From a virus (taxonomy: Duplodnaviria; Heunggongvirae; Uroviricota; Caudoviricetes), in the IMG/VR virus record IMGVR_UViG_3300035042_000139: DNA of 64,000 nt; one strand, given 5' to 3'. Shown here piece after piece: positions 9,438 through 19,500 of the stretch. Numbering within the stretch: the first letter of the stretch is position 1; each line of letters opens with the position of its first letter. The notes under the pieces were generated by a model that saw only the letters and a program-made list of their open reading frames with translations, searched no databases and was not told the DNA's origin. Made by a program: the position numbers and the translations under genes.

Positions 9438-12400
9438 CTATTCAAGTGCAGCAAGAATTCTATCTTCTATCCAGCTTTGGTTTATTGAACCTCGATTATC
9501 ACTGGCGTTGACATTTATGTTAACCGGTATATTCATTGCAGAACCTACGCTTTGTGATACAACTCCTGCCAATTCGTTTACATCTTTATCTATTGTTGTG
9601 TTTCCATTAATTATGATATCCATACCCTGATTATTTACTATATTCTGGATGCTGTTCATATCCATCATGGGCTGTCTTGAGCCTGCACCAGAAACGGCAT
9701 TCATTGCCGGATTATTCATGTAGTCCATAGGTAGAGGCTGTGTGCTCATTGCAGCTCCAGCACCCATTATAGCTCCACCTATAGCTAATCCTGCGGCCGC
9801 CATAGGACCGAAAGCCTTATGCTGTGCTACTTCTGATGACATAATTGCTGCAGTTTTGGTATTTGCTACCTTTAAAAATTCCGAAGCTGCATTGCCTGTA
9901 TAGTTGATTCCGTTTTCAGCTATATGACCAGCATTTTTTGATAAGTTTTGATTGCCCTTGTAGATATTTCTGCCCGGGCCAGTTGTATAAACACTTGCCA
10001 TTTCTTTTTCTAAACTATCTACCATTGTATCTTTTATCATGGAATAATCTGCAACGTTAACTTCTCTTGCAACTTTCTCACTTAAAAATATCTTGTTTGC
10101 CACATTTTCAAGCGGATTATTTGCATCTTTTCTCATTCTAAAGTGGACATCGTTCATCGCCTGTATCTCTTCTGGTGATAGGTCCATCATGCCTTCAAAG
10201 TTGCTGAACTTACCTTCTCTAACCCATTTTATAATCTGGTCTGTTGATACTGATGAGCCGGACTTTTTAGTCATTGAGTGTTTACCCGATACAGCTTCCT
10301 GAGTGATTAATCCAAGCCCAGAAGCAAAATTAACAAGCTCTTTGTCGGATGTTGCATAACCCTTACCAAGTCTTTTGATTTCATCTGTCAGGTTATTAAT
10401 CATACCTGTATAAGTTGCATTTGTAAGTTTAGCTTTAGAAAGCCTTGTTGCATAATTTTCAAGCTCTGATTTTGTCATTTGCCTTGTATCCCAGACATCA
10501 AGTTTGCCCTTAAAGTCTGAATTTGATTCTATTGTTTCAAATACTGAATCTACATAATTCTTCTTACCTAAAGTTACATCTTTTTCTAGGGCTACCATAT
10601 TCCTTTTAACCCATGGCCCTTTTGAGTTGTATGAAGTGTTTCTCATTTCATCAGCAACTCTGGCTACTTCTTCTTCCATTTTTTTGGCATTTGTTCTGAC
10701 ACCTTGTTTATTATAGGCCATTACAAAAGATACCCTGTCACCATCAGAATCACCAAATTGAGCAGCTGCCATTGTTGATGATATTCTAACAGTATCATAA
10801 TCAAGCTCATCATCTATTCTGTATTCAACAGGTATTGCTGACTCTGTATGGATTACAGGTGAGCGGAACATCATTCCAGGCATTCCTTTACCTTCTTCAA
10901 GTCCTGACATTATATTGTCAAACTGTTTTTTGTCTGTTTTTTCCAAACCTTTAAGCATGTCTTTTGCTCTATCTCGACTGATATAAATAGCATTAGATTT
11001 GTCAAGGCCTTTGTAGCCAGCACCCTTTACCCCTGCATATGCTTTTTTTATTACTTTTTCATCTATATCAAATTTTCTTGCTACCTTTGATATTTTCTCT
11101 TCTGTAGTGCCGCTTGCTCTATTAACCTCATCTGCAATTTCTAGAGCTGGAGACATAATCTGCAGGTTAAGCCTTCCCGAGCCTTTAAACCTTGCCGATA
11201 ATGCCCTGTTATATTTTTGCCCGTGAGAGCTTGTAGACTGATGGAAGATTGCGTTATAGTAATTTTTGATACCTGTTTTCATACTTCTTAAAGCTTTTTC
11301 TTTAGCCTCCCTTGCTGAAAGGTCTCCAGCAAGTTGCGAGGAGTTTTGGACTGCTGTATTATATTCCCTCATCGCATTAAAGATGTCTGATTCTGCCCTA
11401 CCTATTTCTCCTAAAGAGTAAAGGGCTTCTCCATTTTTTTTCTTGGACATCTCAATTGCCGTATCTGAAAGGAATATTTCGTTTAATTTAACCCTTGTTC
11501 TTCCTGTTTTTTCGTTTCCAAACTCTATCTCAAGTTCTTCTGGCAGTGAAATATAAAGGCCGTTTTTCCCTCTTCTTCTGTATTCGGGGTCAAAAACTGT
11601 CTTTGTTAAATCCGATTTAGAGAAAAGGCCTTTTTCCTGCCCCTGAGTTCCACCTTCTCTTAACTCGCTTAACTCTTCTAGAACTTCTGTGTATTCATTT
11701 ATTCTGGAACCATCTGGTACTGCACCTTCACCTCGAGCTGCTCTTGCAAGCAGTTCCATAGCTCTTGATTGGCCTTCAAGTGCTCCATTTAAGCCTCTTG
11801 TTCCAGGTAGTGATGAAATCCTGTTTGCCTGTTTTGCTTCTTCTAAAACTGAGTCTTTTAGCCATCTGGCGTATTCTGTGTAACCCTTGTCCATCATGAC
11901 TCCGATATGTCTTGGACCTACTTTTACGCCTTTTTTGCCGTAGCCTCCGACTGACATGAAGTTTATGTCTTCACTGTTTTGAGCTAAGACTGCCTCTAGG
12001 TTTAAGATATTATCTTTTAATCCTAGGTTGAAGGATTTTATGTTGTTTAAGTTAGTTCTTAAATCTTTGATACTTAAGGCACCTTTGTTTCTAACTACGT
12101 TGGCAACTCTTGGGTCAATATTTTTAAGACCTAGATTTGCCTGGTCTATTCCTCCTTCGGCTACCATCAGGTGCTTGAATCCGGCTTTGTTGTTGTTGAT
12201 TACAAGTCTAAACTTACCGCTACCTGTTTTGCCCTCTTCTTTGATTGTTGTTGCCAGACCAAAGGTTCTATCTACAATATCCTGAACTTCCTGTATAGCT
12301 TCCTGTTTGATTTGTCTATCTATATTTGAATGGTTTATTTTATTTATCGACTCTTTGATTAAGCCCTCTGCTACTTCTCCATAACCCTGATGTCCTGCGT

Positions 12401-15400
12401 GGTTTATATTACCTGCAACATGAACGCCTTCGCCGAATGCTGCCTTCATAATTTCATCAGGCACAATATTTCTGACAGTAACCTTCTCTGAAGCCAAAAA
12501 TAGTTTGGTTACCCCAGCCCTTGTGCTGAAGTTCTCTTCGAACTTGAAGCTTATCTTGCCGTCATTGATGTTGAATCCTGTAATGAAGTGTTCAACCCCA
12601 TCTTTTCTGGATACCCTTTTAAATATCTCGTCAGGACCCATCTGCTCCATGTAACCCATTCTGTAACCTGAGCCGCCATCTTTAAGTGAACGTTTAACTT
12701 TATTAATAAAGCCTTCATCTAAATCAGACAGCTTGTAGTCTTTTGTATATGAGTTTACTGAATGTAGCGAGTCTGCAAAACTTTGAGATACAATAGCCTG
12801 GTTTTCCCAGAAAGAAGGGAAGTTAGCTGGAGATTTACCAAAAACACCTTCCATAGTGTATTTGTCGCTTTTATCAAAGGCATTTTTTAGCTTCTCTATT
12901 CCCTCAAGCTCATCAACATTTGCTATGCTGACATTAACGCCTGGATATTTAGCAAAAGCATTATCAGTATCTCTTAAAAACTGTTCGGACTGTGTGATAA
13001 GTAAGGGGTCCATAGAGAGTCCTGAATAACCCTTAGCTTTATTTATATTGTCCTGTATTGACTCTATAGCCTTTTTAGAAAGTGTTCTTTTATTTCTCAT
13101 CTGTATCATGTTGTCACGACCGGGAGAGTTGTACATCCCGAAGTTAACAAAATTTCTGTTTTCGATTGAGCTTAAAAAGAACTGATTTACTGCGTGTGCA
13201 CCTCTTGTCGATTCTAAGGATGCATCAATTCCTAATTTATTTTTAATCATTTTTTGAACTGAGCCATCAGCAAACATGTTAAACTTTTTAGATGGGTACA
13301 ATGTTTCACCATCAAGCCCTACCTGTTCGCCTTGATTTTCAAAGACACCTCTAAATAGCACATATCCTTTTTTAAGAAAGTCGGCTTCTGCTGTTGAAGA
13401 ATACATCTTCTCTGCGTCTCTTACATACTTGTTTGAGCCCGAGAGATAGCCTAAAGATTTTTGTATCTTACCGTTTGCTATCATTTCTATTCTTCTAAAG
13501 TCGCCTTCCTGAGCTGCCTTAATCATACTGTTGGCCTCTCCGTTAAGCTCATGCATCATGTAGCTGAAAGAGGTTCCTGTTTTTATATCGGCTCCTGCAC
13601 TGAATTTATCCCTATAAAGGAGTGCAAGTGGTGATATTTTTTTCTGGTTTCCGTAATGAATATACTGGTCTGCATTAACCAGAGGTATATCTATTATAGC
13701 AGCATTTTTATTTGCTTTTAATGCATCAAGTGTGAGCACATCATCTGAGCCCTGCTTGAAAATAGCCATTGATACCTGCGGCTTTTCTACCGTACCTGTG
13801 TTGAAGAGCTCAAAGCCTAAGTCGATATCTCCTTTGCTTGAGAACGCTGTCCCAAATTTGCGTATGGTGCTATTTAGCGAGCTTTCCATTGTAGGTATAT
13901 TTGAAACGAATTCTTTTTTAACTCCCAGTGCCATATAGTTTTTCTGCAAAGCTTCATCTAAAGCCCTTACAGTAGTTAAAACACTGTTGTTAGCTCCACC
14001 TGAAAGACCCTTAGCAAAGCCGTGATTGATGGTTATTCCACTAGCATAGTCTAAACCTTTTCTTAAATATGTATCCACATTATCCATCATCTTTTGGGTT
14101 GTGAAAGCATTTCTTGCTCCAAGTCCCTCAACTTCCATCACGCTTTTTTTAAGTCCCGGTATTTTATCTCTATAATCAACCAGTAGGTCTGAAAGTGCAT
14201 TTATCTGGGTGAAGGCATTGTCCTGACTTTTAGCCATAGGTCTTATAATTTCGTCAAGCCTGTACATAAAGCCCTCATAATCTTTGTTGGCCATATTCTT
14301 CTGGTACTGACTTGCATGGTCTTTTACGCTGTCTAAAACTTCAATAAAAAATCCGTCAGCTGTTTTGAAGTTTCTTCCTGCTGTTGACTCTGTATAGTTA
14401 AATAGTCTTCTTAAGTCACGTCTTGCATTTGATTTTCTCGCAAGTGAGATTCTTGTGTTTCTACCATCTGGCCCCAGAAGGTCTATTCCGTAAGCCTTGT
14501 TGCTTTTAAGGTTTATAATATCTTTATTTTTTCCAAAATCTTTTTGCATTTCCTGATAGGCATTTACAACTGCTGCGTGTCTTTTTTGCACCGGCCAGTA
14601 GTTTGGGTTTTCTTTATCTCCACCATGCAGTGCTTCTACTTCCTTAACAAGCTTGTCTAGTATAGGAGCATCACTTGTAAGTCTGCCCCTCATTCTTCTG
14701 TAGTTTTCTTTCCAGTTGCCCCTTATAATTTTAGAGCCGCTTTTATCTGTATATGAGAATATTTCATCAAGTTCGTTATTTAAAAGACTTCTTCCCTGTG
14801 CTTTTTCTAAGTTATAGGCCTTTAATGTTGCCTGTAAGTTTTTGTAGTTTTTAAAGCTGATATTGTTTGTCATCTGTCTGAACTTAGAACGAGCGATATC
14901 GTTTCTGGTATTCATATACATTCTCTGCATATCGGTATTTGAATACTTTGCAGCATTGTCAAATTTGGAATAGATAAACTGTCTTAATTCCTTCTCGTTT
15001 GACTTATTGACATAGACATTTTCCCCTGTCATAGCATTCTGCAGCTTAACTCCGACCGAGTCTTTATTCCTAAAACTTCCTACAAATCTGTATTTTGTGT
15101 GTGAACTTATGTAAAATTTGCTTCCATCTACTACTTCTTTGCCGTCATTGAATGCCGTAACAAAACTCAATGGACCTTTACCTGTATCCATTGCCCCTGC
15201 TGTAGAAAACAGCTCGTCTCCGGGTTTTAGGGAGCTTATATTAAAGTTCTTTGAAAAATCTCCACCACTAGATAAGATGTTTTTATTTATGTGGTCGAGG
15301 CCCTCTTGGCTGAAAAATAAGTTTGAGACTACGTTAAAAGCTTTTCTTGTATCATCAGCTGCTGAGTGAGTATAGTTTCCAAAACCCATAACTTTGGTCA

Positions 15401-16502
15401 GGTTCTCCATTTTTAAATGACCTGAGTTAAGTCTTGTTAACTGCCCTGTATCTACACTGCTTAATTTCTGCAGGTCAAGCGGTGTGGAATAAAAGGCGTT
15501 TGCTAAATCCAGTGTATCTATATACTGTTTTGGTTTAAATCCGTTATCAAAGCCGTTAGCCTGCATGAATTTTGTCAGGCCTATATTATCAAAATTTTCT
15601 ATATTGTGACCCATAAAGAAGGCATTTGAATTTGCATTCTGTTCGGCAAGATAGTAGCTTAAGTTTTGAGCTACACTACTTGCATCTTTACCATATTTTT
15701 GTAAGTTGCCCAAACCCTCTCTTGCTAGGGCCAGCATCTTTTTACCTGAACTTGCAGAGCTTAATCTTTTAAGCTGACCTCCATCAGTAACAAACTGTTT
15801 GTACATATTAGAAGCTTTTCCTAGTTCTGTCATAGAATTTTTCTGTACAAACTCTGCACCGTTTGAGTATTTGATTAAATCTCCGAGAGTCCTTCTTTCG
15901 GAGTCGCTGAGCATTGGAGTTCTGCCGTTTTCGTAAAAAGCCTGTACTTTATCAAATAGCTCGTTGATATTATCAACAGAAGCTCTATTTGGTGCTACAA
16001 TAAATGAACGCTCTAAGGCTCTTTTAGAAAGCTCATCACCGTTCATTGTGGCAGAGTAGAAGGAGATTTCTGTCGGTGTAAAAATATTACCTTCATTCAT
16101 ATCTCCTAAACTCTCTATATCGAAACCAATTATTTTTGAGTTCGTGTTGATAGCCTTCTGCCAGTTCCTAATAGCTCTATGTGGGTTTCTGCCGTAAGTT
16201 ACTGCATTTACATCCTTGAAAATATCAAGTGTTCCTCTTTTAACACCATTTTCTGTCATGGCATTTTTTATTTTACCAAGGTCATTATATATTGCATTTA
16301 TCTCTTCAAAGTTGTGCGAATACTGAACGGCTTTATTGGCAGCTTTATCAAGCTTTGCCTTAGCCTTTCTTTGACTGCTTACTTGAAAGAGAAAGGAAGG
16401 CTGAGGGTCAGAGACCCTATTTGTAACCTTTAAACCGTATTTATTATACATTTCTTCTTTGTAATCCGACGAGACTGCCGGCATGTTATCAAAATCGTAC
16501 AT
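9438..16502 (-). CDS. Single-chain two-barrel RNA polymerase (putative virion RNAP) with N-terminal DEDDh exonuclease
   Basis: beta-like motifs (GVNVSIA, WENQAIVS, K1333/K1340) followed by beta'-like motifs (RFKGSGR, RSPVIH, DSDGD 1918-1922); ExoI/II/III motifs at aa 128-384. Confidence 0.85.
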   Translation of the reverse strand: MYDFDNMPAVSSDYKEEMYNKYGLKVTNRVSDPQPSFLFQVSSQRKAKAKLDKAANKAVQYSHNFEEINAIYNDLGKIKNAMTENGVKRGTLDIFKDVNAVTYGRNPHRAIRNWQKAINTNSKIIGFDIESLGDMNEGNIFTPTEISFYSATMNGDELSKRALERSFIVAPNRASVDNINELFDKVQAFYENGRTPMLSDSERRTLGDLIKYSNGAEFVQKNSMTELGKASNMYKQFVTDGGQLKRLSSASSGKKMLALAREGLGNLQKYGKDASSVAQNLSYYLAEQNANSNAFFMGHNIENFDNIGLTKFMQANGFDNGFKPKQYIDTLDLANAFYSTPLDLQKLSSVDTGQLTRLNSGHLKMENLTKVMGFGNYTHSAADDTRKAFNVVSNLFFSQEGLDHINKNILSSGGDFSKNFNISSLKPGDELFSTAGAMDTGKGPLSFVTAFNDGKEVVDGSKFYISSHTKYRFVGSFRNKDSVGVKLQNAMTGENVYVNKSNEKELRQFIYSKFDNAAKYSNTDMQRMYMNTRNDIARSKFRQMTNNISFKNYKNLQATLKAYNLEKAQGRSLLNNELDEIFSYTDKSGSKIIRGNWKENYRRMRGRLTSDAPILDKLVKEVEALHGGDKENPNYWPVQKRHAAVVNAYQEMQKDFGKNKDIINLKSNKAYGIDLLGPDGRNTRISLARKSNARRDLRRLFNYTESTAGRNFKTADGFFIEVLDSVKDHASQYQKNMANKDYEGFMYRLDEIIRPMAKSQDNAFTQINALSDLLVDYRDKIPGLKKSVMEVEGLGARNAFTTQKMMDNVDTYLRKGLDYASGITINHGFAKGLSGGANNSVLTTVRALDEALQKNYMALGVKKEFVSNIPTMESSLNSTIRKFGTAFSSKGDIDLGFELFNTGTVEKPQVSMAIFKQGSDDVLTLDALKANKNAAIIDIPLVNADQYIHYGNQKKISPLALLYRDKFSAGADIKTGTSFSYMMHELNGEANSMIKAAQEGDFRRIEMIANGKIQKSLGYLSGSNKYVRDAEKMYSSTAEADFLKKGYVLFRGVFENQGEQVGLDGETLYPSKKFNMFADGSVQKMIKNKLGIDASLESTRGAHAVNQFFLSSIENRNFVNFGMYNSPGRDNMIQMRNKRTLSKKAIESIQDNINKAKGYSGLSMDPLLITQSEQFLRDTDNAFAKYPGVNVSIANVDELEGIEKLKNAFDKSDKYTMEGVFGKSPANFPSFWENQAIVSQSFADSLHSVNSYTKDYKLSDLDEGFINKVKRSLKDGGSGYRMGYMEQMGPDEIFKRVSRKDGVEHFITGFNINDGKISFKFEENFSTRAGVTKLFLASEKVTVRNIVPDEIMKAAFGEGVHVAGNINHAGHQGYGEVAEGLIKESINKINHSNIDRQIKQEAIQEVQDIVDRTFGLATTIKEEGKTGSGKFRLVINNNKAGFKHLMVAEGGIDQANLGLKNIDPRVANVVRNKGALSIKDLRTNLNNIKSFNLGLKDNILNLEAVLAQNSEDINFMSVGGYGKKGVKVGPRHIGVMMDKGYTEYARWLKDSVLEEAKQANRISSLPGTRGLNGALEGQSRAMELLARAARGEGAVPDGSRINEYTEVLEELSELREGGTQGQEKGLFSKSDLTKTVFDPEYRRRGKNGLYISLPEELEIEFGNEKTGRTRVKLNEIFLSDTAIEMSKKKNGEALYSLGEIGRAESDIFNAMREYNTAVQNSSQLAGDLSAREAKEKALRSMKTGIKNYYNAIFHQSTSSHGQKYNRALSARFKGSGRLNLQIMSPALEIADEVNRASGTTEEKISKVARKFDIDEKVIKKAYAGVKGAGYKGLDKSNAIYISRDRAKDMLKGLEKTDKKQFDNIMSGLEEGKGMPGMMFRSPVIHTESAIPVEYRIDDELDYDTVRISSTMAAAQFGDSDGDRVSFVMAYNKQGVRTNAKKMEEEVARVADEMRNTSYNSKGPWVKRNMVALEKDVTLGKKNYVDSVFETIESNSDFKGKLDVWDTRQMTKSELENYATRLSKAKLTNATYTGMINNLTDEIKRLGKGYATSDKELVNFASGLGLITQEAVSGKHSMTKKSGSSVSTDQIIKWVREGKFSNFEGMMDLSPEEIQAMNDVHFRMRKDANNPLENVANKIFLSEKVAREVNVADYSMIKDTMVDSLEKEMASVYTTGPGRNIYKGNQNLSKNAGHIAENGINYTGNAASEFLKVANTKTAAIMSSEVAQHKAFGPMAAAGLAIGGAIMGAGAAMSTQPLPMDYMNNPAMNAVSGAGSRQPMMDMNSIQNIVNNQGMDIIINGNTTIDKDVNELAGVVSQSVGSAMNIPVNINVNASDNRGSINQSWIEDRILAALE

Positions 16503-16505
16503 TTA

Positions 16506-19500
16506 CTAGCCCCCCAGTGCTCTCTGTATTTCAAGCTGTATTTTTCCTGTTACATCCTGTACCATATCGAAATTTATATTTATACTGTTATCTTCTCTTG
16601 GAGTTATTTTAATATCCACATCTCTGATATCATAATCTGTTAATACTTCTTCTAATCTTGTTCTGATAAATCCGGATGACTTTCTGTCGAAACGCCTACC
16701 ATACTCAACTGGAGCTGGTGTTAGCTCTTCCTCTACAGTGTAATCCTTCCAGAGTCCGAAATCTTTAGGGTCATAACCATTATTTTCAATGAGTTTTATC
16801 ATTGAATCTTCAAGGTCTGCCCCTTCCCTCCAGCCAAACCAATTTTCATCTGGCAGTGCATACTCTCCGAACATATCTATTAGAGATTCTTTTTCTGTTT
16901 CCATACCCCATAGAATTTTGTAAGCTCTCTTCTGGTTGTCAGGAACAATTTTTAGTATTTCTTCTCTTTCCTTTTCGTCTGTAACCTTAGAGAAATGCTG
17001 TAAATATTCCCTATCCTTACTTGGAAAAGCAGAAAACATCTGCTGGAAAGTTGAACTTCCATCAAGTCCAAATAGTGTAGAGCGGTATTCCTGTCTGTAT
17101 TTAACCGCCATTCTTGCATAAGGGCCTAAGCCAACAAGTACTTCTTCTGCTTTTGTATCCCTTAATTCTTGAAGTATTTCTTTTCTTTTTGATTCTATAA
17201 ACTCTTTTTCTGTGACTAAATTGTATTCGACCCTACCCTCTGAGTTTATTCGTTTTTGGACAGTGTCTTCTTTACTGATGCCGTATCTTAGTAAGTGTTT
17301 TGAAAAGCCTTCAAGCATTTCTTCTTTCTTTTTTAGCCTTTCGTCAATCTCTTCCATTTCACTTATTATCTTTTCAACATCAACATTTTCTTCTTTTTTA
17401 GCTACGTCTACATATTTATTATATAGCCTCTTATTTTTAACAAACTTTAAGAGGTCGTAGTATTCCCATATCTTTCTTTCTTCTTCTCTTCTTTCCGGTA
17501 TCCACGCCTTACCCGTCTCCAACTCGTACTGTGAGCGAGCAATAGAACCGACACCTGCAGCTACCGCACCGAAGCCACTCATTGCCTTTCTAACTCCGGG
17601 ACCTCCAAGCAGAAGTCCTGTTATAGCTCCTGCTGTAGCACCAGATAATGTAGCCCAGAAAGGATTTCTGGCCCAGGCACTCTGGAATGACGGTACTAAA
17701 AGGTCGTCAACTGGCTCGTTCCATGACTGCCATTCTTTGCCGTAAACTTGATAGTCTTTGTAGTGTTCCATAGGTGAGCGTACATTGAAGAATTTATTAT
17801 GGACTATAGGGATTGGGGCGTGTGCTACTCCTTCCCATATCCTTCCTAAAGCCCTTCCTCCTACGCCTAAGTTTACATAAGTATCAATAGCCCCATCTTC
17901 TTCTTTGGCCTGAACTCCGCTGTCTAAAAGCCTTCTATTTACATTTGAGTCCTGACTGTAGACAACGGCTGGAGTTGAGGCGTTGGGGTTGCTGTCTTTT
18001 GATGCTAGAAGTGTTATTTCGCTTCCAGGCATCATTGTCTGTTCTAATATGTTTAGGGTGTTTTTGCCCTCTTCGGTCTCTGCATTGAAGTTGGTGTTAA
18101 CACCTGCAAGGCGGTATATTCTGTCTGAACCTTTAACTGTGAAGCGGCTGGAGTCTAAAAACTTCTCTACAATAGCTGATTCTCTCTCTATATCCTGACC
18201 CAAAAACTTATATGGTGTCATATGATATTTTTTGTTTGCCTCTTCTTTTTGTTCCTTAGCCTGAGCTAAGAACTCTTTGGCCTCCTGTGAGAGATTCTGT
18301 TCTGAAGCTATTTTAGACCAAAGCTTATATTCCTGTGAATATGGTGCTATATCAGCTAAGATGGCTGCTCTATCAACTGCTCCATACCTTCCATACTCAT
18401 CTGGGTGGAGCTTATTCATTGACTCGTAAGCTTCTCCTGGGAGCCTTATTTCGCCGCGGTTTACTTCTGTATAAGGGTCTCCAGTGCGGAACCTATCAGG
18501 CATCCAGCCGGGCATTGTATTTGGTATGTCGTTTATTACCTTATATAATCCAGGTCTTTTGTTGATAAATCTTCTGAAAATCTCTGAAAGCTCTCCACCA
18601 CGGCCACCAAGCCCTGTATCCCAGAACCTTGATGATGCAGCGTAAGCATCAGATGCTGTCGCTAAAACAGCCTGACCTTCACCGTAATCGTCTCCTCCAG
18701 TTACCATAGAAGCTAAGAATCCTCTTGCACCTGTGATATCCTTGAAGATGTCTAATGTTCTTTCCATACTGTAGCCGATATCAGTTGGGCTTTGCACATC
18801 TAAAGCAAGTTCGCCCTCTTCTCTCGGCTCGTAATATGACATTGTAAATCCTGTATTTAAAATGTTCTTTTTGTTTATCCTGCTTATCTTACCTGATTTA
18901 TCTATAATTGATTGGTTTATATTCTTTAAATCTTTTAGTGAGTAGTTCTGGCCGTTTACTACAAGACCACTGCTTTCAGGGTTTTCAGTAAGCCTAATAG
19001 CAGCTCCTGAACCTCCCGGACCACCACCTTGAACACCAACTGCATTTGAATTTGCCTTATTGCCTGCAACACCATTTACCATGACATTACCCGAACCTAT
19101 TCTTCCTCCACCTGTGGCAACGCCAACATTTGTTGACATTGTATATTTAGGTATATAGGTTGAAAGCTGCAAATCTCCACCTGAAAATCTGGCTATTACA
19201 TCTTTGGCATAAGCATTATTTTTCTCTATTCTTTCTAAGTCTTCATCTGTTGCACCTGCAGACAGTTTAATTTGTGGTTTTAATATCCTGCCTATTGTTG
19301 GATTTAAGAGTGTGCCCCACGGTGTATTAGGGTCAAACATTTCTCCTGTTAGAGGGTATGGTCTGTCTTTTAAGTGCATCTTTTCAAACCAGTACCTGTC
19401 CGTCACGAAGCGTTTAACTGGTGCAAGAGGTTCTGTTGGAGTAGGCATCCAGCTGTGAGCCCAGTAATTTTCTCTTGAGCCGTAAACCGTATCTGTATAT

